Of a stretch of 37,651 nucleotides of DNA, positions 29,235-37,651 are shown piece by piece. The notes under the pieces are model-generated. The model had not been told where the DNA came from. It saw nothing but the letters and a program-made list of their open reading frames with translations, and searched no databases. Both the position numbers and the translations under genes were made by a program. The stretch is from assembly GCA_943788915.1 (NCBI GenBank), contig CALSSD010000024.1, forward strand, positions 1 to 37,651, in the 5' to 3' direction. The stretch is from an uncultured Acidimicrobiales bacterium (GTDB lineage: Bacteria > Actinomycetota > Acidimicrobiia > Acidimicrobiales > UBA10347). Within the stretch, counting starts at the first letter, position 1. Each line of letters begins with the position of its first letter.

Positions 29235-29989
29235 CGGAACAGTCTCGACTCGATGCCGCCCAATCCAAACAAGCCGACGGCGGAGGCGAGTGGTTTCGCT
29301 CGCCGCTTGCCTTGGTGGCAGGTTTGATCCTGTTTCTCGGTGTTCTTGCGCTGATCGTGCTCGGTCTCACCAGCGGTGATGACACGGCAAAAAGTCCAGT
29401 AGGCGCCGCACCCGAGGGTGCTGTCCAGGCGGTCGAAGCGCCTGCCATAGCGTTCGGCGGTGCGGGGATTCCCGAGGTCGGTGCGGTCACATTGGTCGGT
29501 GACCCGCTGGCACCTGTTGATTCTGGCGACGGCGATACCGATCTAGCCGTGGGCACACTCGTTCCAGAGATCACCGCACTAAGTCTGGCTACCGGTAGCC
29601 CAGTAACACTCGCTCCGGGTCGTGCTCGCGTCATCGGTTTCTTTGCGCACTGGTGCCCTCATTGCCAAGCCGAACTCCCCGAGATCACCGAGTGGCTCTC
29701 GGAAACTCCGTTGCCACCAAACACCGAGTTCATCGCGGTTTCCACCGCTGTCGACGAGGGTCGCGGTAACTATCCACCGAGCGCTTGGTTCAACGACGTC
29801 GGTTTCAATTCTCCGGTTCTCATCGACAATGCCAGCGCCACGTTGCTCAACGGCATGGGTTTCTCCGGCTTCCCATCCTTTGTGGCGATCGATGCTTCAG
29901 GAGTTGTCGTGGCACGCGCAGGCGGCAATATTGGTGCCGAAGGAGTGTCGGCGCTCTTCGATAACTTCGCAAGCGCTGCGAGTAACTGA
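29231..29989 (+). CDS. Membrane-anchored TlpA/thioredoxin-like disulfide oxidoreductase
   Basis: N-terminal TM, FFAHWCPHCQAELP, cis-Pro loop GFPSF. Confidence 0.88.
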   Translation: MTEQSRLDAAQSKQADGGGEWFRSPLALVAGLILFLGVLALIVLGLTSGDDTAKSPVGAAPEGAVQAVEAPAIAFGGAGIPEVGAVTLVGDPLAPVDSGDGDTDLAVGTLVPEITALSLATGSPVTLAPGRARVIGFFAHWCPHCQAELPEITEWLSETPLPPNTEFIAVSTAVDEGRGNYPPSAWFNDVGFNSPVLIDNASATLLNGMGFSGFPSFVAIDASGVVVARAGGNIGAEGVSALFDNFASAASN

Positions 29990-30013
29990 TGGCCGGTCGG
30001 CATGAAACGGCGC

Positions 30014-30863
30014 CTAGCCGAGCGTCATAAGAGCGACAGCGGCTAACCCCAGCGCCAGACCGCACAGCCGGACCGGCCCCAAAGGTTCATGCAACGTGAA
30101 TCGAGCCCACAACACCGTGGCCGCAGGGAAGAAGGCTGAGACCACAGCGACCACACTGAGCTCACTCGAACCAACAGCTTCGGACGTGGCAATGAGCAAC
30201 GTCATGTTGGCAAGCGTGTCACCGAGACCTGCGATCACGGCAAAGCCGAGCGATGGGCCAGGTGTAAGCGGTTTGCGCTGAACGAGCGCGAGTCCCAGCA
30301 GTAGTGCTGTGGTCACGACCCGACCTGACACGATGGGCCACGGCGACGATCCCTCACTTGCCTGGTCATAGAGCAACACGATTGAGCCGAAACAGGTCCC
30401 GGCGACGATGGCCTCGCCGATGACGCGCCGGGCAACCGTGCGACTAACTGCTGCCAGATTGCCTTCCCAGCTGATGGCGACAACTGCGGCGAGTCCAACA
30501 ACCAGGCCGAAGAATGTTGTTGGTGAAAGTGTGTTGCCGGACTGTAGGCCCCAGAGGACCGGCACTAACGCTGCGGTCAGGGCGGAGAGCGGAGCGACGA
30601 CGGCCATTGGTCCCCCGTGAGAGCCCCTGGTAGAGCAGCAGCAGCCCAGCAAGTCCAACAAGTCCGGCCAGCGCTCCCAGGACGAGGTCGCGAAAGGTGA
30701 ATGAGTCAGCAAGAAACGGTGCGGCGATCGCTATTGCAACCAGCCCTACACCATGGGCCCACAACATGACTCTGGTGACCGGGTCCCGCCGCGTAGCCAG
30801 CCCGCCGAAGAAGTCGCCTGTACCCCAGAGCACCGAGGTGATGAGTGCGAGAACGACGGCCAC
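30014..30863 (-). CDS. EamA/DMT family transporter; +1 frameshift in C5 run 30612-30616
   Basis: WGTGDFFGG, then LYQGLSRG-PMAVVAP restored by removing one base. Confidence 0.88.
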
Positions 30864-30882
30864 GAGGCGTCACGCTACTGGG

Positions 30883-32473
30883 TTAACGAGGGAGCTCCGG
30901 TACGTTGGTATCGAACAACCACGCCTGGAAAAAGGCGTCGAGGTCCTGGCCGCTGATGTCTTCTGCGAGCGAGGTGAAGTCGCGTGTCACCCGCGCTGGC
31001 ACCGCCGTATTCGGTCACGTAGGTAGCGAGCAGTTGGAAAAAGGCGTCGTCGCCAATGGTGGTGCGCAAGGCATGCAACGTGAACCCTCCGCGAAGGTAG
31101 ACCGACGCATTGAAGAGGTCGCTTGGCGGTGGCTCACCAGGAGGCGTGTTGAGAAGGAAACTCAGGTCGTCGTAGTCACTGCGAACTTCCCGATCGATGT
31201 CGTACCCGGGCTCACTTGCTTCCATCCACAGGTATTCGCCGTAGCTTGCGAAACCTTCGTTTAGCCAGATGTCGGACCACTGGCCCAGGCTCACGTGATT
31301 GCCAAACCATTGATGAGCAAGCTCGTGGGCCACGATGTCTTCTCGGCTGGCGAACGAGTCGACGAGGTCTCGACCAAAAACAGACAACGTCTGTGTCTCG
31401 AGCGCGAATCCGAGGTCAGCGTCGACGACGACGGCGCCATAGTTCTCGAACGGGTACGGTCCAAAGACGGCTTCGAACACATCGATCATCTGGCCAGTGC
31501 GTTCCATCGTGGCAACACCTTGGTCAAACACTGAGTCATGGAAGTAGTGGCGAACCGGGACACCGCTGGCGCTGGGTGCGCCATCGTGGCGTTCGAAGTC
31601 ACCAATGGCGACCGTCGTCAGATAGTGGGCCTGAGGGTTCACGCTCTCATAGACCCATGTCTGCGTGTCGCCGTTGTCGACAACCTGCGTCTGGGTGCCG
31701 TTGGCGGCCACTACTAGGCCGGTGCGGGCGGTAACTTCGATGCGGTAGGTCGCCTTGTCGGTGGGGTGAGCGTTGACCGGGTACCAGCCAGCAGCACCCT
31801 CGGGTTCACCAGCGACCACGATCGTGTCGCCGAAATCGGTCCAGCCTCCGGCAAACGGGAACCCAGGTCCGCTGATTGCAGTCGGGCGGCCGGCGTACTC
31901 GACCACGACCTCGGCTGCTTCGTCGAGTTGCAAGGCAGTCGTTGGTTGGATGATGAGCTCGCGGTCGTTGCGTTGGAACGTTGCTGGTTCCGCATTGATG
32001 GTGATTGAGCGCACGTCGAAGCCGATGAGGTCGAGGTTGAACTGGCTGAGGCCTTGTGTGGCGACGAGTTCGATGGTCGTTTGGGCATCGATCTCGCGGC
32101 TGTTGTCGTCCCAGTCGAACGTGATGTCATAGCTGATGACGTCGTAGCCGCCGTTGCCGTAGGTGGGGTAGTACAGATCGCCTGCGCCGTCGGATCCAAT
32201 GGTGGGGGCTGATGGGTCTTCGTCGGCTCCGGAGACCGTTTCGCCTGTGTCACTGGTTTCCGGATCTGAGGTTGCTGAGTTAGAGGGTTCAGCGTCGGAG
32301 CCTGTTGATGTGGTGTCAGGGCGTGCTGGCGTGGTGTTGCCAGCCATGGCGTCTGCGTCGATCGTCATGTTTTCGATGGTGTTGGTGTTGATCGAGCAGT
32401 TGATTGTTGCCAGAGAGAGGAGCAAGAGGACGGCGAGCAACCGGCGATAACGACCGTGAAGGGGGAGATGCAC
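30883..32473 (-). CDS. M1 family aminopeptidase, probable lipoprotein; +1 frameshift near 30990
   Basis: HELAHQWFG, WLNEGFA, ALETQT, GNGGYDV; corrected C-terminus DFTSLAEDISGQDLDAFFQAWLF; signal LLLLSLATINC. Confidence 0.92.
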
Positions 32474-32525
32474 GGCTTGATCTTTGCAGGTGGAACCGGA
32501 CGGAATCGGTCGCATCGAAGGTCGT

Positions 32526-32604
32526 TATGCACACATGAACGAAAAGAAAGATTGACAGGATATGAAAGGGCATTAAAGTGCATATAAGTTAATCACACGG
32601 AGGA
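32526..32604 (+). promoter_or_regulatory. AT-rich promoter of the T7SS operon (TTGACA-16-TAAAGT; RBS GGAGGA)
   Basis: TTGACA 32552-32557, TAAAGT 32574-32579, flanking inverted TATGCAC/GTGCATA. Confidence 0.65.
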
Positions 32605-32611
32605 AGCTAAA

Positions 32612-33112
32612 ATGTCCATGAGCATGCTCGGCGCCGAGACCGGACAACTTGAAACCCTGGCTGCGCAATTGACCCACACAGGTGTCGAAATCGACCAGGT
32701 GCAATCGCAGACCCAGACCACGGCCGACACCGTCGTTGCCGAGATGGAAGCGTCATTTCGGCAGGCGCTTCAAAGCATCGAACATTCCATGCACCAGTTG
32801 CGGGGGACAGTCGATGCGGCCCACAACCAGTTGGCGGACACCACATGGACCGGTGCGAACGCTGCATCGTTTCAGGCGGGGTACGGCGACTTCAATGGTG
32901 CAATGGCAACGTTCGAAGCTGCCGTCGGCGATGCGTACGTGCAGTTCGACGGTCAAATGCGTTCTATGGGCGAGACGATCTCAGCGTTCCAGGTGCAAGT
33001 GACATCGAGCATGCAACAAGCCCATGTCTCCACTGACAGCATGCAACGAGCGGTGGTTCAGCAACAGGCCAATCTTGAGAGCGCTATGAATACGGGTCTG
33101 TCGTTCGGCTGA
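32612..33112 (+). CDS. Elongated WXG100 (ESAT-6-like) type VII secretion substrate
   Basis: MLGAETGQLETLAAQL N-terminus, central WTGANAASF, helical composition, upstream of an FtsK-like ATPase. Confidence 0.82.
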   Translation: MSMSMLGAETGQLETLAAQLTHTGVEIDQVQSQTQTTADTVVAEMEASFRQALQSIEHSMHQLRGTVDAAHNQLADTTWTGANAASFQAGYGDFNGAMATFEAAVGDAYVQFDGQMRSMGETISAFQVQVTSSMQQAHVSTDSMQRAVVQQQANLESAMNTGLSFG

Positions 33113-33126
33113 GTCGGAGGTTTGTT

Positions 33127-33555
33127 ATGCCTACCCGAGCAGAGTTCGAGGCAGCGGCCGACAAGTTCACGACCGCCGCGTATCTCGTGGATCAGTTAGT
33201 AACGGCCGCAGCCAGCGCCGGAGCCGCTCAGATTCTGAGGGGTGGATCGTTGGGCCGCCAAGTACCGCAGCGAATCGAGGCAGCTCAACACACGGCGCGC
33301 ACCTGTCACCAAACGATCATCGAAGCCGCTGATACTTGTATCGAACGCGCAGAGATCATCGCCGACTACGAGACGCTCCTTGCCAAGTACGACATTTCCT
33401 ACGGCTACTTCGAACGTGCCTCGAAGGCATGGGCTGAAGAGTTCAACGCGTGGTTCCTCGACGAGACCGGCACGATCGACCAGCCTAGGGATGCGCCTCA
33501 TCCTCCCAGTCGGCCGACACCGCCACCCGACTGGGCTGAGGTTCGCCGACCATGA
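33127..33555 (+). CDS. Small helical T7SS-associated protein (LxG turn, Pro-rich tail)
   Basis: GGAGG RBS, Ala-rich helices flanking ILRGG, tail PPSRPTPPPDW, ATGA overlap with the ATPase gene. Confidence 0.65.
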   Translation: MPTRAEFEAAADKFTTAAYLVDQLVTAAASAGAAQILRGGSLGRQVPQRIEAAQHTARTCHQTIIEAADTCIERAEIIADYETLLAKYDISYGYFERASKAWAEEFNAWFLDETGTIDQPRDAPHPPSRPTPPPDWAEVRRP

Positions 33556-36500
33556 CCCCCGTCGGGATCCACGTATGTGACCAATCAGGCGCTGCCGACG
33601 TTGTTGTGTCACTTGGAGATGACACGACGGTCGCCGACGTATTTGATGTGCTGGCGCTACCGGCACAGACCCTTGTTGACGGCCAGGCGATCGCGTCGCC
33701 AGCAACGACGGCCGCACACGAAGTACTTCGTGTGGGCGCATCGCTCGGGATCAGTCAACCGCAGGGAACACCACCGCCGTCGGTCGAAGGATTCGTCGAC
33801 GTTGGTGTGGTGGCAGGACTTGATGCAGGCGCCAGCGTGCGACTCGGTTCAGGACTCTTTCATCTACTGCCGGATGGGGCAAGCCCCGAGAGCAGTTGGT
33901 TGTTGCAAGTCGACCCTCGCGATGCGTTGTTTGGTGCACCTCGACCTTGGCATGAACAAGGGCAACACATCGAGACGCTCGAACCATGTAGCGAGTCCGT
34001 CCTTGCTGTGAGTCCTCCGGTGGACCCTGAGAAAGCACTGTCACCAACTATTCACCGTCCGCCGATCGGGCGAGGTGGCGCGCCTGCGCTGCCCATCGAG
34101 GTTGGCGATGTGCCCGACGTGGTGCGAGAGCCATCACCTCTTTCGTGGGCAACGCTGCTGGCTCCGTTGCCGATCGCCTTGTTGATGGCCTTCTTCTTCC
34201 GACCACTGTTTGCGTTGTTCGCAGCGATGGGGCCGGTTATGGCACTCGGCCGTTGGTGGGAATCTCGTCGCCGCTATCGGCGAGCGCTGGCCGCTCGGGC
34301 GCGGGCGTTAGCCGATGTTCGGGCCGATGTTCGCAGGCAGCTCGGGGCCCAGGCCGAGATCGAAGCGCAACGTCGCTGGCTCGAGAACCCACACATCGCA
34401 GCCTTATGGCAACGGGCGACAGGCCAGTCGGTGCGCCTGTGGGAGCGGCGACCTGGCGCTGACGGCTTCTCTACGGGCGGTCGTTGGTGTCGGGGCGGAT
34501 CGTTGTCCGAGTGTTCTCGCCGAGTCCAAAGCGGCCGACGAGTTGCGGGATCTTGTCGACGCGCCCTTGCAGCTCAGAGCGGTACCCCACACCATCGACC
34601 TGGCAGCTCACGCCGGAATCGGTATTTGCGGTCTGCGGCGTCAAGCGCTAGCAGTTGCCCGGTCGCTCGTGGCGCAACTGGCCACGTTGCAGGGCCCGGC
34701 CGATCTACACCTCGGCGTGCTGTGCAGCCCGTCGGCGGCTTCAGACTGGGATTGGCTCAAATGGTTGCCGCACCTCGATCAGGCCCTTGTGGGTCGGGAA
34801 GCTCGGGATGTGCTCGACGGTGTGTCGCAGATCGAAGTGGGCGAAGGAAGCGACGTTGTCACACGATTGATTGTGGTCGACGCCCCTCAGTCCGATGTTG
34901 CACGACTCATTCGTGCAGCGACACGTGCGGGCAGCGAGATCCGAGTGCTTGCCGTGGGTGCAGATCTGACCGAGTTGCCAGCAGTTTGCTCGACCACCGT
35001 CGTGATCCATGGGGCCACTGCGGCTGCCTCTGCTTGTGCTTCGGTCGCGATAGCCGGGCGCAACGACACCGGTCCATCGATAACACCAACGGGGATCTCT
35101 GACGCAACCGCGCAGAGTTGGGCTCGACAACTCGCTGGCCTCCATGATCCGGAGGAGCGCACCGCTAGAGGCCAAAAGAGCGGCGCCGTGAGTCTGCTGC
35201 AACTCGTTGGTCGCACGGCACTCAACGAGCTGGGCGCCCGTTGGGCGGACCGTGATGCTGCAAAGTCGCCTGTTGTCACTTTGGGCGTCGGCGTTGACGG
35301 CCCGTTCCAACTGGACTTGGCCAGCGATGGACCCCATGCGCTGGTGGCCGGCACAACCGGCAGCGGCAAGAGCGAGCTTCTTCGATCGCTCGTGATTGGA
35401 CTTGCAGTGGACTGCCCGCCGCAACAGCTGAATTTCGTGCTCGTTGATTTTAAGGGTGGGGGAGCGTTCGACGGGGTGCGGGACTTGCCCCATGTAGTTG
35501 GGGTGATTACCGATCTCGACGAGGCACTTGTTGAGCGCGCATTGGTGAGCCTTCGAGCCGAACTTGAGCGGCGCGAACAGCTGTTCCGAGACCTTGGTGT
35601 GTCCTCGTACCAAGAAGCGGTTGCAAGTGCGGCAGAGCCAATCGCTCGACTCGTGATTGTTGTCGACGAGTTTGCAACACTCGCTACCGACTACAGCGAA
35701 CTGATGACAGCGATCATTGACTTGGCAACGCGTGGACGCAGCCTGGGCATGTACCTCGTGCTTGCCACACAACGACCGAGTGGGGTTGTTGATCAGAAGA
35801 TTCGAGCGAACACGAATGTGCGTATTGCTCTCCGGGTGCAGGACGCCTTCGATTCACAAGACGTCGTGGGTGTCCCCGACGCAGCTCGCATTGACCGTCA
35901 AGCGCCCGGTCGCGCCATTGTTCGTATCGGCGGCGATCGTGCTGTCGAGGTGCAGATGGCGTTCACGGGTGCACCAGACAGAAACGACGAACCATGCGCG
36001 GTGCGACCACATCGGCTTTTCAACGGTGTCGGACCAACCCCAGTTACTCCTCGTCCTGAAGCCGCCGAAACTCGAACAGAACTCCAAGTGATCGTCGACA
36101 CAATCATTGCTGTCTCTGAGTCGAACGAAGCGTCGACACGTGCGTTGTGGGCGCCGCCACTGCCTGCCATGTTGGACTGGATTGACCTCGGCACGCGCGA
36201 GCTATCAGCATCGGCTCCTGCGCCAGGGTTCGCCTTGGGACTCGCTGATCTACCAGCCGGGCAGAAGCAGTTGCCTTGGCGATGGGAGCCGTCGACAGGG
36301 CCGCTTGGCATCTATGCAGCGTCGGGCGTATGTGCAGGAAAGGCCCTGGTGTCACTGGGCGCTGCGATGGCATCGGCCACTGGACCTGACAGCCTCCACA
36401 TGTACGTGGTCGACGGCGACGCTGGCATCACCGGTGCACTTATGAACTTGGCGCACACGGGTGCCTACATACGCAAGGGCGAGACCGACCGTGTTGAACG

Positions 36501-37597
36501 CGTCATCCGTCTGTTCGAGGAAACGCTCGATATGCGGCGCTCTGTCTACGCACCCGCCGATCCGCAGTTGGTGCTCATCATCGACAATGTCGCTGCGGTG
36601 TTCGCGATGTTCGACGACATGCAGGTGTCAGCGTTGACCGACCGTCTGGCGGCGATTGGCCGCGATGGGGCCACACTTGGTGTCCACCTGGTGGTGAGTG
36701 CCCGCACTCCCCGCGATATCAGTCACCGAATCGCACAACAGATTCCGAATCGGTTGGCACTCGCATTGTCTGATCCCAGCGGATACCTGGCGCTAGGTAT
36801 CAAACTCCGAGACGTAGTGCCACTATCAGCGATGCGGGCTATCGACGTGCAAACCCGTCACATTGTCCAGCTCGTCGAACCGCCGGATCTGGCGAGTTGG
36901 TCGACCAGCAACCCCGAGATCGCCCGAAGTGCGCCCGGTGTTTACTCATTTCCGTTGTCACTCGGCTTTGCAGAGCTTGAACCTGCGGCCATCAGCGCTG
37001 ATGGAACATTGCATATTCCCGTTGGGATCGATTCGGAGGACTTGGATCAAGCGGAGCTCATTCTTCGCCCCGCTGAACATGCACTCGTGGTGGGCGCTCC
37101 CGGGATGGGGCGATCAACAACAGCTGCGGTCATCACCAGGCAACTCGACCGAGGGGGCGTGCAGACTGTCCGTGTTGTGCCATACCGCTCACCGCTCACA
37201 GCATCGGATAACCCGGGTCAACTCGTCGACAACGTTGGTTCCATCGAAGAGTTGATGCACGCCAACCAACGCACAGTCGTGGTGGTAGACGATGCCGATT
37301 CGCTGACCACGGATATGGCAGCGGCACTTGAACAACTCATCGATCATCGGAACGAATGTGTGCACGTCGTGGCGGCAACGACCATCGACGCAGCCCGCAG
37401 CACACGTTCATGGACGGCAAGGATTCGGTCAGGCGGTACCGGGATCCTGATTGGTGGTGCACGTTCCGATGGTGAGATATTTAAGGTCCGACTTGGGCCG
37501 CTAGACGGACGCGGGCGTGGTCGCTGGTCGAGGGAATCTGATTGTGCGTGGCCGCACACTTGGCGTCCAGCTCTCTGGTCTGAATGCAGTGGCGTGA
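33552..37597 (+). CDS. eccC: EccC/EssC-like FtsK/SpoIIIE ATPase of type VII secretion; +1 frameshifts near 34470 and 37507
   Basis: Two TMs, LWERR motif, WDWLKWLPH, DGPHALVAGTTGSGKSELL, VDFKGG, VVDEFA, GRSLG..L.LATQRP; third ATPase GAPGMGRS/VVVDDAD; corrected C-terminus AGRGNLIVRGRTLGVQL. Confidence 0.88.
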
Positions 37598-37651
37598 CTG
37601 GTCTGGCTACTATGGCCTGCAGTGGATGAAATCGAATGGTTGAATACCGAC

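Noticed and set aside
33552..35102. Separate eccCa/eccCb split genes
   Set aside because: Break falls just after LWERR with about 790 nt of ORF overlap and a nonsense tail; better explained by a single-base indel
34741..35772. 343-aa antisense ORF and the many other antisense ORFs in the track
   Set aside because: Shadow ORFs of GC-rich coding sequence without recognisable motifs

Overview
Chromosomal window from a high-GC (about 60% by spot counts) actinobacterium; gene content, leaderless starts and an F420-dependent reductase suggest Acidimicrobiia (inference). In order, it holds: a heavily frameshifted mitochondrial-type aconitase with a divergent GntR/HutC regulator; a TetR-controlled lipid operon (fatty acyl-CoA reductase-HAD fusion, LarA/DUF2088 protein, acyltransferase) with related near-perfect palindromes between its genes; acyl-CoA metabolism genes; divergent ddl/murF; a coupled three-gene operon of unknown function; tRNA-Val(CAC) followed by vapBC; comDE-like decarboxylase; threonine aldolase; DUF808; Co-type nitrile hydratase; NAT; a TlpA-like protein; EamA; an M1 aminopeptidase; and the start of an atypical type VII secretion locus (symmetrically elongated WXG100 protein, LxG-type partner, Ubl/FHA-like EccC/EssC ATPase). 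Several single-base frameshifts look like long-read consensus errors. The best candidates for an undescribed system are the T7SS variant and the putative ether-lipid/fatty-alcohol operon. All family assignments are from motif recognition, not database searches.
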